Positions 49,710-58,697 of a DNA stretch of 64,000 nt are shown here, piece after piece; position 1 is the stretch's first letter; the number at the start of each line of letters is the position of its first letter. Origin of the DNA: Truepera sp. (GTDB lineage Bacteria; Deinococcota; Deinococci; Deinococcales; Trueperaceae); contig CBDCKW010000009.1 of the NCBI GenBank assembly GCA_965218435.1, positions 2,016,001 through 2,080,000 on the forward strand, read 5' to 3'. Under the pieces are notes generated by a model, which worked only from the letters and a program-made list of their open reading frames with translations, ran no database searches and was not told the DNA's origin. Position numbers and translations under genes: made by a program.

Positions 49710-50301
49710 CGACCACAACATGCTAGAAGCTCAGCTTCGTGAGGTCTACGGGCGCATCGTTTACACGCACAAGACCCACGAAAAGATGGCTGACCTCCTC
49801 ACGTCTAGATACAACGTGACTCAGTGGATTCAAACGATTTTGTCTGGCCTGACGACCACTAGCTTGCTAGTCGTCATATTTGGCAATTCGGAGATGGGCG
49901 CTGTTATCGCAGCCTTTCTTTCGGCCTTTCTATTCATGGTCAACCTTTATCTACAGAACAATAATCTAGGCCAAAGAGTCGAGCGGCATACGGAAGTCGC
50001 GGCGGTCTTATGGGGCATCCGGGAAAGCTATCTAACGCTCATCACCGACTTACTAACCCCTGTCCCAAACATTGATTACATCAAGGCGGAACGGGATAGG
50101 TTACAAGACATAAGTGAAAGGGTATTTCGCAACGCGCCGCGTACCAATGCAAAGGCATATAGGTTGGCTCAAAATGCCTTGAAAAATAATGAGGAACTTA
50201 CCTTCAGTGAAGACGAGCTCGACCTATTGTTGCCGGAAGAGTTGAGGAAAGGTAAGCGCAGAAAGAGGATGAGTAACAGCGACACTGAACAGCCCAGCTG
50301 A
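49687..50301 (+). CDS. SLATT-domain 2TM effector (start GTG 49687 or ATG 49720)
   Basis: LREVYGRIVYTHKTHEK.AD, two TM helices, LWGIRESYLTL, APRT...AY..AQ.ALK.NEELTFS; abuts the NTase. Confidence 0.85.
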   Translation: MTISHSPNDHNMLEAQLREVYGRIVYTHKTHEKMADLLTSRYNVTQWIQTILSGLTTTSLLVVIFGNSEMGAVIAAFLSAFLFMVNLYLQNNNLGQRVERHTEVAAVLWGIRESYLTLITDLLTPVPNIDYIKAERDRLQDISERVFRNAPRTNAKAYRLAQNALKNNEELTFSEDELDLLLPEELRKGKRRKRMSNSDTEQPS

Positions 50302-50387
50302 TGAGTCATCACACTTAACGGCAAGTCTAGTAGTGGCGCTTGCAACCATACCTACTATGTTGAACAAACAAGCTAACGGAAGGTGTT

Positions 50388-50420
50388 AAAACCCCGGCGA
50401 ATACCGGGGCTACTTCGTTT
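50388..50420. terminator. Probable bidirectional intrinsic terminator
   Basis: AAAA-CCCCGG-cgaata-CCGGGG followed by T-rich tract between convergent genes. Confidence 0.55.
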
Positions 50421-50430
50421 TGCAAGCAGT

Positions 50431-50763
50431 TCAGGCCGCTTCTCTAAAGGGCTCGAGTGCCCTCATCTGATACCGGGCTAAATCCCACTCTAGCCGTGCT
50501 CCCTCATACGCGCATAGGGCCTCTGTCAGCGCGTCTTCAGCTTCAGCGAGCGCGGTGTACTCAGCACTCAGCTCGAGCCGTAGCTTAGCCGTCCGCTCCC
50601 GTTCATTCTTACCGTCTACCCCGGCGCACAGTTTCAGGGCTTCAGCGTGCTCGAGCGTCCGCTTGGCTTCAGCGTGAGCAGTGACCGAGCCGCACAGGTT
50701 GATTTGAGCATCCTCTAAACCGTTCTTAGCGCAGCGCAGTTGGGAGAGAAGAGTGGCGCTCAC
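50431..50763 (-). CDS. Phage-type coiled-coil hypothetical protein
   Basis: GTGA coupling with GAGG RBS; GKNERER motif in helical protein. Confidence 0.6.
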   Translation of the reverse strand: MSATLLSQLRCAKNGLEDAQINLCGSVTAHAEAKRTLEHAEALKLCAGVDGKNERERTAKLRLELSAEYTALAEAEDALTEALCAYEGARLEWDLARYQMRALEPFREAA

Positions 50764-50951
50764 GCCGCCTCTCCCCAAAAATCATAGTCAGGTACTTCGT
50801 CTTGGATGATTGGAGGCAGTTCATCACCTGTGCCACCCGAAGGGTCGGTATCTGCCCCGTCGTCTTCAGCTGCCAACTCTGCGTAAAGCGCCTGTAAATC
50901 CTCTTCACGGTCGCTGTACATCTCGACATCTACAAAGTAGAAGGGGCTCAT
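50760..50951 (-). CDS. Small acidic hypothetical protein
   Basis: TAATG coupling upstream, GTGA coupling downstream; D/E-rich. Confidence 0.5.
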   Translation of the reverse strand: MSPFYFVDVEMYSDREEDLQALYAELAAEDDGADTDPSGGTGDELPPIIQDEVPDYDFWGEAA

Positions 50952-51157
50952 TACAGAGCCCGTCCCGCAACGCGTACCGCTGCTTTGATGGTGCTGTGCT
51001 TGGACACAAGGTTAAAAGCTGAGTCAAAAACCTCCCAGACCGTGCCCCAAGTTTGGAGGCAACCGACGACTTCAGCGCCGCGCATGAGGTCATACGCCTT
51101 AACGGGGGTGCGGTAGCTTGCGCCGTCTTGCTTGTGGAGGGTGATGGTATTGTTCAC
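50951..51157 (-). CDS. Small hypothetical protein
   Basis: GGAG RBS before GTG; first gene of leftward operon. Confidence 0.5.
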   Translation of the reverse strand: MNNTITLHKQDGASYRTPVKAYDLMRGAEVVGCLQTWGTVWEVFDSAFNLVSKHSTIKAAVRVAGRAL

Positions 51158-51285
51158 TTTAGAACTCCGTTTCTAGTTAGAGGCTGTACTTTTCGAGGGT
51201 CTGCCTCTAACTGCCTTTAGTTTATCAGGTATCGGCTAAACTGTCAAGCATGTACAGCTTAAGCTAAATGTGCTAAGCTACTAAT

Positions 51286-51624
51286 ATGAAATGGAAACTG
51301 AAAGACTACTTAGAGCAACACGACATCACCGCACATCAATTGGCCCTCGAGTCAAAGCTCAGTCTGAACAGTGTTTACCCGGCAGTCCGGGGGCAAGCCG
51401 AGCGTGTCAGTTTGGCAACGCTTGACCGGATGCTTACGGCGCTCGACAAGCTGACGGGTGAGCGGGCAGAGCTGGGGGATGTACTTGAGCGAGAAGATGA
51501 CGCTTATGAGTTTCCGGGTGAGGTTCCAGCGGACATCCGCGAACGAATAGAACGATTTGAACGGGGTGAAGTGAAGCTTATCCCAGCTGCGGATATTGCC
51601 GCCAAATACGGCGTCAAACGTTGA
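51286..51624 (+). CDS. Cro/C1-type HTH regulator with antitoxin-like C-terminus
   Basis: MKWKLKDYL....ITAHQLA..S.LS HTH; acidic tail ERIERFERGEVKLIPAADI; overlaps RelE gene. Confidence 0.75.
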   Translation: MKWKLKDYLEQHDITAHQLALESKLSLNSVYPAVRGQAERVSLATLDRMLTALDKLTGERAELGDVLEREDDAYEFPGEVPADIRERIERFERGEVKLIPAADIAAKYGVKR

Positions 51625-51929
51625 CTTATGAGGTCATCTTCACCGATGAGGTAGATAGAGACTTAGAGGCGATTACCGATGTACGAACCCGTAACGCAGT
51701 CATTCGTAAAGCTCTTGACCTCGACACCGAACCCGACAAGCAAGGAAAAACGCTAGGCGGCAATCTAGCAGCTTACCGGGTCGTCAGAGCCGCAGGGCAA
51801 CGCTACCGGGTGGTCTATCAGATAGCGAGTCTCGAGGGTGTGGTCACTGTGGTGGTGGTAGGTATCCGCAAAGAAGGCGACAAGAGAGACGTGTACCGAG
51901 TAGCGAGCAAACGGTTAGGAAAGGGGTAA
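51621..51929 (+). CDS. RelE/ParE family toxin
   Basis: YEVIFT.E...DL, GKTL.G.LA.YR, YRVVY, VVVVGIRK. Confidence 0.88.
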   Translation: MTYEVIFTDEVDRDLEAITDVRTRNAVIRKALDLDTEPDKQGKTLGGNLAAYRVVRAAGQRYRVVYQIASLEGVVTVVVVGIRKEGDKRDVYRVASKRLGKG

Positions 51930-51931
51930 CG

Positions 51932-53125
51932 ATGCCAAGACGTAAGAGCACGAGACGCGGTAAGGGTGAGGGTTCTGTCTTTGAGTTTGAACGGAATTAC
52001 AAAAAGCAAGACGGCTCTATCGTCGTCCGTTCCGGCTGGGAGGGTAAGGTTACGGTCGGTTATGACGAAAACGGTAAGCAACGTTTCAAGAGCGTGTATG
52101 GCAAAACGCAGAATGAAGCTCTAGCTAAAATTGCTGAGATTAAACAGCGTCTTATGAACGGCACCTATTCAGATACCAAGTTGACGGTCGCCGAATACCT
52201 TGAGCAGTGGTTAAGAGAGAAAGAGCGCAGCGTCAAGGAACGAACAGCGATGCTCTACCGGGAACAAGCCGAGCGGTACGTTATCCGCAAGATAGGCAGT
52301 GTCAAGCTCGAGAAGCTCACGCCCTTACACCTTCAGCGGATGATTAGCGAACTCGCTGACGAAATCGGCGTCCCGACCGCGAACAAAGCCCGCACCCTGA
52401 TGTTCGCCGCGTTAAAGCAAGCGGTGCGGTGGCAGCTCATTCACCGGAACCCATGTGAAGCTGTCGCTAAGCTTAAAGAGACCCGTAAAGAGATGACGCT
52501 ATGGACGCCCGCCGAAACCTTGAAGTTCTTAGGAGCGGCCCGACCCCACCGTTTATACGCCGCGTTCTATCTGGCTGTGTTTGCCGGACTCCGTAGAGGT
52601 GAGCTGTTAGGGCTACGTTGGAAAGACCTCACCGGCCCCGTGCTGAGCGTCAAGCAATCCCTGACCGTCTTAGGCGGTACACCGCACTTCACAACACCCA
52701 AGACCCGTAAAGGTGAGCGGCACATCACCGTCTCCCCTGACGTGCTCGAGGTACTCGCACAGCACCGGCTGATTCAAGAGGCAGAGGCTAAAGCTTTAGG
52801 CGACGCCTGGACAGATTCCGGGCTCATCTTTGCAACTGAAGTTGGAACGCTCATTCACCCCCGGAACTTTGAACGCACATTCAAAGACCTGCTTAAGACT
52901 GCCGACGTAACGAAGGCCCGGTTGCACGACCTGAGACACTTGCACGTCTCGCTACTCGTTTCTAAAGGGTTTGACCCGCGTTCAATCGCCGACCGGGTAG
53001 GCCATACGAACCCGAGCTTCACAATGGACGTGTACAGCCATATGTTTGCAACGCAGAGAGCGCAGGCCGCTGTCGGCATGGCTGACCTACTCGGAACCGA
53101 CGCGAGACAGGAAAAACTGAATTAA
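51932..53125 (+). CDS. int: Tyrosine recombinase/phage integrase (intact)
   Basis: GEGSV arm domain; catalytic GLRRGE, TPKT, LHDLRH, VGH, DVYSH; adjacent to att/tRNA. Confidence 0.95.
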   Translation: MPRRKSTRRGKGEGSVFEFERNYKKQDGSIVVRSGWEGKVTVGYDENGKQRFKSVYGKTQNEALAKIAEIKQRLMNGTYSDTKLTVAEYLEQWLREKERSVKERTAMLYREQAERYVIRKIGSVKLEKLTPLHLQRMISELADEIGVPTANKARTLMFAALKQAVRWQLIHRNPCEAVAKLKETRKEMTLWTPAETLKFLGAARPHRLYAAFYLAVFAGLRRGELLGLRWKDLTGPVLSVKQSLTVLGGTPHFTTPKTRKGERHITVSPDVLEVLAQHRLIQEAEAKALGDAWTDSGLIFATEVGTLIHPRNFERTFKDLLKTADVTKARLHDLRHLHVSLLVSKGFDPRSIADRVGHTNPSFTMDVYSHMFATQRAQAAVGMADLLGTDARQEKLN

Positions 53126-53128
53126 ACC

Positions 53129-53151
53129 CTGTAGGTGTAATTAAGGTGTAA
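53129..53151 (+). promoter_or_regulatory. Putative integrase arm-type binding sites (right end)
   Basis: CTGTAGGTGTAATTAAGGTGTAA matches 39745-39767 at 21 of 23 positions. Confidence 0.6.
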
Positions 53152-53164
53152 ACCGGCACACAAG

Positions 53165-53198
53165 AGAAGCGCCCCACACTTAGCGGGGCGCTCTTTTT
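53165..53198. terminator. Intrinsic terminator between integrase and tRNA 3' end
   Basis: AGCGCCCC-acacttagc-GGGGCGCT followed by CTTTTT. Confidence 0.7.
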
Positions 53199-53219
53199 GC
53201 GTCTCTGACGGCTTTTCTT

Positions 53220-53296
53220 TGGTAGCGATGAAGAGACTTGAACTCTTGACCTCACGATTATGAGTCGTGCGCTCTAACCAGCTGAGCTACATCGCC
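53220..53296 (-). tRNA. tRNA with CAT anticodon, most likely elongator tRNA-Met
   Basis: GGCGATGTAGCTCAGCTGGTTAGAGCGCACGACTCATAATCGTGAGGTCAAGAGTTCAAGTCTCTTCATCGCTACCA folds as a cloverleaf with encoded CCA; tRNA-Ile2 not fully excluded. Confidence 0.93.
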
Positions 53297-53677
53297 ACAC
53301 AGCAGTAGCAGCTTCAAACCTCTCGAGACACCTTAATCTCTGACGGTTTGACCACAGAAGATGCTATCACTCAGGTTCGGAGCCTTGCAAGTCACTTAAA
53401 GCTCGAGAAACCCAAAAAACGTCTCACTTGTCTGAGCGGGACGCGCACCAACTCCCTGGCGGGCGCAATATCTAAGCACAAACAATCTTTGATGGGCGCG
53501 TTTACGAGCAACCTCGAGTCGGCAAAACGCTCCGCCGCACCGATAGCACTAAAAACTTTTCACCACATTTCTTGAATACTTTATTAGGAGCAAAGCGTGT
53601 ATGTCGCTTTCACTTGCATTACCTAATCATTTAAGGTACCATGACATATAAAAATTCTACCGCTCCCGGAGGTTATA

Positions 53678-54724
53678 ATGGACAGCCAGAGACAGAAGAG
53701 CCTAGAGACGACCCTCACACAGATCGAGAAACAGTTCGGCAAAGGGGCGATCATGCGCCTCGGCGACGACCGCACCATGTTAAGCCAAGGCGTCATCTCG
53801 ACCGGCTCGATGTCGGTTGACTTAGCCTTAGGCGTCGGGGGCGTCCCCCGTGGCCGCATCATCGAAGTCTATGGTCCCGAGTCCGGCGGCAAGACCACCT
53901 TAAGCTTACATATTATCGCCGAAGCGCAAAAAGCCGGGGGCGTGGCCGCGTTTGTCGACGCGGAACACGCCTTAGACCCCGGCTACGCCAAAGCCTTAGG
54001 CGTCGATACCGACGAGCTGTTAGTTTCCCAACCCGACACCGGCGAGCAAGCCTTAGAGATTACCGAACTGCTGGTAAGAAGTGGGGCGGTAGACGTTATC
54101 GTGGTTGACTCCGTAGCGGCGCTTGTCCCCAGGGCGGAGATCGAAGGCGAAATGGGCGACACCCACGTCGGCTTACAAGCCCGCTTGATGAGTCAAGCGT
54201 TGCGGAAGCTGACCGGGGTGTTATCCAAAAGTCACACCACGGCGATCTTTATCAACCAGATTCGGGAAAAGATCGGGGTGATGTACGGCAACCCCGAAAC
54301 GACCCCCGGAGGACGCGCGTTAAAGTTCTATTCGTCCGTGCGGATGGAAGTGCGGCGTAAAGGGGACGTCAAGTCGGGGACTGACAAAGTGGGCAACCAA
54401 ACGCGGATCAAAGTCACCAAGAACAAAGTCGCCCCGCCGTTTAAGGAAGCGGAAGTCGAGATTATGTTTGGCCGGGGGATTGACAAAGTGGGCGACCTGA
54501 TCAACATTGCTTCGGACCTAGACATCATCCAGAAGTCGGGTTCGTTTTACAAGTATGACGGCGTGACCATCGGCCAGGGTAAAGAAAAAGCTTCGGCTTA
54601 CCTCTTAGACCAACCCGGACTTATTGAGCAGATTAGGGAGAGGGTCGTAGGGGTCGTCAGTGGTAAGGGGGCCGAAGAAGATGAACCCGGCGTGCAGCAG
54701 AGCCCTATGGGTGAACTAGGCTAA
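53678..54724 (+). CDS. recA: Recombinase A
   Basis: [54 protein letters not shown]. Confidence 0.99.
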   Translation: MDSQRQKSLETTLTQIEKQFGKGAIMRLGDDRTMLSQGVISTGSMSVDLALGVGGVPRGRIIEVYGPESGGKTTLSLHIIAEAQKAGGVAAFVDAEHALDPGYAKALGVDTDELLVSQPDTGEQALEITELLVRSGAVDVIVVDSVAALVPRAEIEGEMGDTHVGLQARLMSQALRKLTGVLSKSHTTAIFINQIREKIGVMYGNPETTPGGRALKFYSSVRMEVRRKGDVKSGTDKVGNQTRIKVTKNKVAPPFKEAEVEIMFGRGIDKVGDLINIASDLDIIQKSGSFYKYDGVTIGQGKEKASAYLLDQPGLIEQIRERVVGVVSGKGAEEDEPGVQQSPMGELG

Positions 54725-54725
54725 C

Positions 54726-54947
54726 GTGACCCGCAGCGACCTCAGAGAGGTGCTCAGCTACGCCCTCGGCGGCGAGGCTCCAGAGCGGTTTGTCGAGCGT
54801 TTGGTGTCGCGCCGCGAATGGGACAGTGAGTTTGAGGCGAGGCTCGAGGCCCTCGCCTACGAACTCCGCCCCGACCTAGCCGTGTGGGAAGTTGAGGTAG
54901 ACGAGCAAGGTCACTTTCAAGAACGCCGGGTGCCGCTGCTCGAGTAG
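54726..54947 (+). CDS. Small hypothetical protein
   Basis: GTG 1 nt after recA stop; host-like codon use. Confidence 0.5.
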   Translation: MTRSDLREVLSYALGGEAPERFVERLVSRREWDSEFEARLEALAYELRPDLAVWEVEVDEQGHFQERRVPLLE

Positions 54948-54970
54948 CACTTTAGTCTAAGGAGCAAACG

Positions 54971-55489
54971 ATGACTCAGAGCTCCGAACTCGGATTACTA
55001 CTCGAGTCTTTTAGCCGTAACGGACGAGTTAATGACGTTATCCTCAGCGCCCTTACCGAAGCAGACCTAAACTTAGCAGATGGGCAAGGCGGCTGGAATA
55101 TAGGTCAGCATTTAGGCCATCTGGCAGAGTTTCGTTATGGTTGGTTGAACTTTATCTCACCGCAGCACGCAGAGAACATCCCTTCAGTAGCCGAGGGCGA
55201 CCAGCAAAACTTTCGGCTGACGACGCAAAATCCGGCCGATCTCAAACAGGCATTTGCAGCGGGAGACGCGGCTGCGCTCGAGGCAGTTACAAGTGCGCTG
55301 AGGGAAAACCGTTCTTTTGAAGGAGCTTACAAAAGCCACCCCGCGCACTTTTTACAACACATCATCGTGCACGATTCACATCACCGGGGCCAGGTGATAA
55401 GCCTCCTCCGCCGGGGTAGTTGGACACGCGAGCAGCTCGGTACCCTCGATGACGCTACCTGGACGATTTGGAACGAGGCGCAAGATTAA
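54971..55489 (+). CDS. DinB family protein
   Basis: IGQHLGHL and HDSHHRGQ His motifs; AAGGAG RBS. Confidence 0.88.
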   Translation: MTQSSELGLLLESFSRNGRVNDVILSALTEADLNLADGQGGWNIGQHLGHLAEFRYGWLNFISPQHAENIPSVAEGDQQNFRLTTQNPADLKQAFAAGDAAALEAVTSALRENRSFEGAYKSHPAHFLQHIIVHDSHHRGQVISLLRRGSWTREQLGTLDDATWTIWNEAQD

Positions 55490-55515
55490 CTTTAAGCACA
55501 CATAAAGGAACTGAA

Positions 55516-56079
55516 ATGGCTGTTATTCTCCTTTTCCACCACGCCCAAGGCTTAACCGAAGGTATCAATGCGTTTGCCGAAGAGCTGCGCTCAGCTGGTC
55601 ACCATGTAACCGTCCCCGACCTCTATGACGGCCTCACTTTCCCTACCGTAGAAACCGGCGTAGAACACGCTAAAAACCTCGGCTTTGAGGCACTTCTCGC
55701 CGCCGGGGTAGCTGCTGCTGACGGCCTTCCAAACGGCGTAGTGTACGGCGGGTTTTCTTTGGGCCTAATGCCCGCTCAGAAACTTGCCCAACAACGCCCT
55801 GGCGCACGCAGCGCGCTGCTCTATCACGGCGGCATACCCGTTACCGAATTTGGTGAGGTTTGGCCGGACGGAGTACCGCTCCAAGCGCATGTAATGCGGG
55901 ACGACCCATGGGGCGACGTCGAGGACGTCAAGGAACTTGTAGCCCAGGCTGACGGAGAGTTGTTTCTTTACGAGGGTGACGCTCATTTGTTTACGGACAG
56001 TTCACTAGACGCTTATGACCCGGACGCAGCCAAGCTCGTGATGAAACGAACACTAGCGTTCCTCAACTCCCTCTCGTGA
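55516..56079 (+). CDS. Dienelactone hydrolase family protein
   Basis: LFHHAQGLT, PDLYDG, GFSLG, Y.GDAHLF.D. Confidence 0.88.
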   Translation: MAVILLFHHAQGLTEGINAFAEELRSAGHHVTVPDLYDGLTFPTVETGVEHAKNLGFEALLAAGVAAADGLPNGVVYGGFSLGLMPAQKLAQQRPGARSALLYHGGIPVTEFGEVWPDGVPLQAHVMRDDPWGDVEDVKELVAQADGELFLYEGDAHLFTDSSLDAYDPDAAKLVMKRTLAFLNSLS

Positions 56080-56223
56080 CAGGTCGTTCCCTGAGCGCGA
56101 GTTAGTTTGGAAAGTGCAAAAGGAGTTCAGCGTTTCTCTAGTCCCTACAAACTCTTGACAGCAAGAACGCTTTTACTTTTATAACGCGTTATCGGTCTTG
56201 ACTTACATCATCTGCGATAAGGT

Positions 56224-56763
56224 TTAATTCTTAGCGAGGGCACGCTCGAGTTCCCCCTTGTTCATCTTGCTCCGCCCCTTGATATCCCGTTTTTTCGCCT
56301 CGTCCATCAGTTCAGCTTTGGTCTTCTCCCCTGTTTGCGCTTTTTTACGGGCGAGCTTGGCTTCTACCGTATTTTCGACGTACTGTTTACCCTTTTTGTC
56401 TCCCTGCTTTTTCTTTTTCTCAGCCTCTTTTTTCTCTTTGTCAGTTAATGCGTCCCACGCTTTTTCCGGCAAGTAGCGTTTGGTGCTGCCGTCACTTTGG
56501 CGAGCATCGGCGCTGCCGTCTTCGGTCTGCCAGTTTTCATTCGTCCACGACTCTAAAGATTTGGCTGCGTCACTTTTGTCGCCCTTGTAACCGCCACCGT
56601 GCTTTTCGTATTCGTGAACCAAAAGCTGACTTTTACGGGCCGACCACTGCCCTTTTTTGCCCCCTTTAGATGATGCCTGGATGTCGTCTTTAAGCTTCCG
56701 GCGCAACTCAGGATCGGTATATTTTTCGTCGTAGTCATCTTGATGCTGTTCTTTACGGGCCAT
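56224..56763 (-). CDS. Hydrophilic stress-type protein with Rho-N-like C-terminal domain
   Basis: YTDPELR, GQWSARKSQL, RYLP..AW, TKAEL..EAKKRDIKGRSKMNK.EL. Confidence 0.75.
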   Translation of the reverse strand: MARKEQHQDDYDEKYTDPELRRKLKDDIQASSKGGKKGQWSARKSQLLVHEYEKHGGGYKGDKSDAAKSLESWTNENWQTEDGSADARQSDGSTKRYLPEKAWDALTDKEKKEAEKKKKQGDKKGKQYVENTVEAKLARKKAQTGEKTKAELMDEAKKRDIKGRSKMNKGELERALAKN

Positions 56764-56871
56764 GCTAAAAGTTTAGAAGTCGGTACGGGTAAAAATCTGC
56801 GCGGTGCAGAACGGTTGCGCAACTAAATCTGTGAGACGATAGGCGCTATAGTAGCTCTGAGGAGGCACACC

Positions 56872-58002
56872 ATGAATCCACTCGAGAAACTCGCTACCTT
56901 CGGACAGTCCCCGTGGTTAGACGACCTGCGCCGCAGCTTGGTAACCGGCGGCGGATTGCAAGACCTGATTGACGACGGTTTAAGGGGACTAACGTCAAAC
57001 CCGGCTATCTTTGAGGCTGCCATCGCCAAAAGCAGCGACTACGACGACGCTATCCGGCAACTTGCTCAAGACGGCAAAAGTATCGAGGAAATCTACCGCA
57101 CCTTAACCGTTGAAGACGTACAGGGAGCCTGCGACCTCTTTCGCCCGCTTTACGATGAGACCGGTGGCGCGGACGGCTTTGTCTCTTACGAGGTTTCGCC
57201 GAAACTCGCCAACGACACAGGCGGCACCATCCAAGAAGCGCGCGAGTTGTGGCGAGTGATTGACCGTCCGAATGTGATGATCAAGGTTCCCGCGACGCAA
57301 GAGGGTCTACCGGCAATCCGGCAGCTGATCAGCGAGGGTATCAACGTCAACGTGACGCTGATCTTCGGCCTGCCACGGTACAAGCTCGTCGCGCAGGCGT
57401 ATATGGACGGGCTGCAAGACCGTTTGGCGCAGGACGGCAGCTTAGAGCACGTGGCGTCGGTGGCGAGCTTCTTTTTAAGCCGCGTGGATTCGCTGTTAGA
57501 CCCCAAACTCGAGGCCATTCAGCAAGAGGGCGGCGAGCGGGGCGAGCACGCCCAGAGCATTCTCGGTAAGGTCGCGGTTGCGAGCGCGAAGATGGCGTAT
57601 GTGGCGTACAAAGAGATTTTCGGGGGCGACGATTTTGCTAAACTCGCAGCGGAGGGCGCAAAACCGCAACGCCTGCTGTGGGCCAGCACCAGCACCAAAA
57701 ACCCCGAATATTCTGAAGACAAGTACGTCGAGCCTTTGATCGGTGACCCGACCGTTAATACAATGGCGCAAAAGACGCTGGACTATTACCGTGAGTCGGG
57801 TGAGCCTGCGGCGACGCTCGAGCAGGGCGCAGACGAAGCGGATAAGACCCTGAGTACGCTCGAGTCGTTAGGCATCAGTATTGACGAAGCGACGCAGCAG
57901 CTCGAGGACGAAGGTGTGGAGAAATTTGTCACCCCCTTTGGCAGTCTGATGGACACGCTCGCCAAAGCGCGCGACGAGGCGCTCGAAAAGCCGACCGCTT
58001 AA
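56872..58002 (+). CDS. tal: Transaldolase (long type)
   Basis: GQSPWLD, GLTSNPAIF, MIKVPAT, NVTLIF, SFFLSRVD, RLLWASTS.K. Confidence 0.95.
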   Translation: MNPLEKLATFGQSPWLDDLRRSLVTGGGLQDLIDDGLRGLTSNPAIFEAAIAKSSDYDDAIRQLAQDGKSIEEIYRTLTVEDVQGACDLFRPLYDETGGADGFVSYEVSPKLANDTGGTIQEARELWRVIDRPNVMIKVPATQEGLPAIRQLISEGINVNVTLIFGLPRYKLVAQAYMDGLQDRLAQDGSLEHVASVASFFLSRVDSLLDPKLEAIQQEGGERGEHAQSILGKVAVASAKMAYVAYKEIFGGDDFAKLAAEGAKPQRLLWASTSTKNPEYSEDKYVEPLIGDPTVNTMAQKTLDYYRESGEPAATLEQGADEADKTLSTLESLGISIDEATQQLEDEGVEKFVTPFGSLMDTLAKARDEALEKPTA

Positions 58003-58075
58003 CGCATTAGCCGCTCTCACAAACGCTCACAGACAAGCGCGCCTCCTGCTTCTATCCTAAAAGCAGGAGGTTTTT

Positions 58076-58447
58076 TTGAAGCACTTGACTTACCAGGATA
58101 TTCGGCGGGCTTTCGTGTTGCTCGGCCTGCTTGTCCTCGCCGCTTGCGCCCCACAAACCAGCGTCGAGACCAATGTGCAACCCACGCTCTTTTCAGCTAC
58201 TGCGCCGGGTGAAGTTGGCGGCGAGTTAGTTTTGCAAGGGCGTTACTTCGGTGATGGTCAAGCCGGAAATAATTCGTATGTGGTTCTAGGTGCAGATATT
58301 AACGGTGACGGCGGTGGACGGATTAAAACAACGTCGTGGACGCCTTCACGTATCACGCTGGACGTTCCCAAAAATGTCGGTTACGGCTTCGTCTTTGTTT
58401 TTGTAGATGGCGTCAAAAGCAACGGTCTACCGGCTAATTTGCCCTAA
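58076..58447 (+). CDS. IPT/TIG-like lipoprotein
   Basis: LAAC lipobox; LQGRYFG, SWT...I...VP, VDGVKSN; AGGAGG RBS. Confidence 0.7.
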   Translation: MKHLTYQDIRRAFVLLGLLVLAACAPQTSVETNVQPTLFSATAPGEVGGELVLQGRYFGDGQAGNNSYVVLGADINGDGGGRIKTTSWTPSRITLDVPKNVGYGFVFVFVDGVKSNGLPANLP

Positions 58448-58697
58448 CGATTTGCCGTTAGAGCTGACAGTGAGCAGTGATGTGACGTCATTGCTCGTTT
58501 TTTTGGCTGGCTTGACACGTTTAGAGACAGACGGACTCGGGCCAGTCTCAAACACGACGCATGTTCTTAAATGTGTGACAGCAGCACACGGCTTAAAGAA
58601 GTGGTTGTGCAGCTTTGACTTTGAACAAAACCATACCTCCTAAAGAACCTTTCCGAGGGACGCTTTTTAGCCCTGGCCGGGTGCTAGACTCGAGGTT

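Larger units (their letters stand above)
39564..53264. mobile_element. ~13.7 kb tRNA-integrated phage-satellite-like element
   Basis: Flanking att repeats, integrase next to tRNA, Xis-like HTH, primase-helicase, terminase genes, no capsid/portal/tail. Confidence 0.9.

Noticed and set aside
39564..53264. Complete prophage or ICE
   Set aside because: No recognisable capsid, portal, tail, lysis, relaxase or T4SS genes between the att sites.
53348..53575. 75-aa ORF between tRNA and recA
   Set aside because: No RBS or motif support; overlaps expected divergent promoters.
53560..53677. Deinococcal RDRM (DdrO) or LexA box upstream of recA
   Set aside because: I found no convincing palindrome matching these motifs by eye; a PWM scan would be needed.
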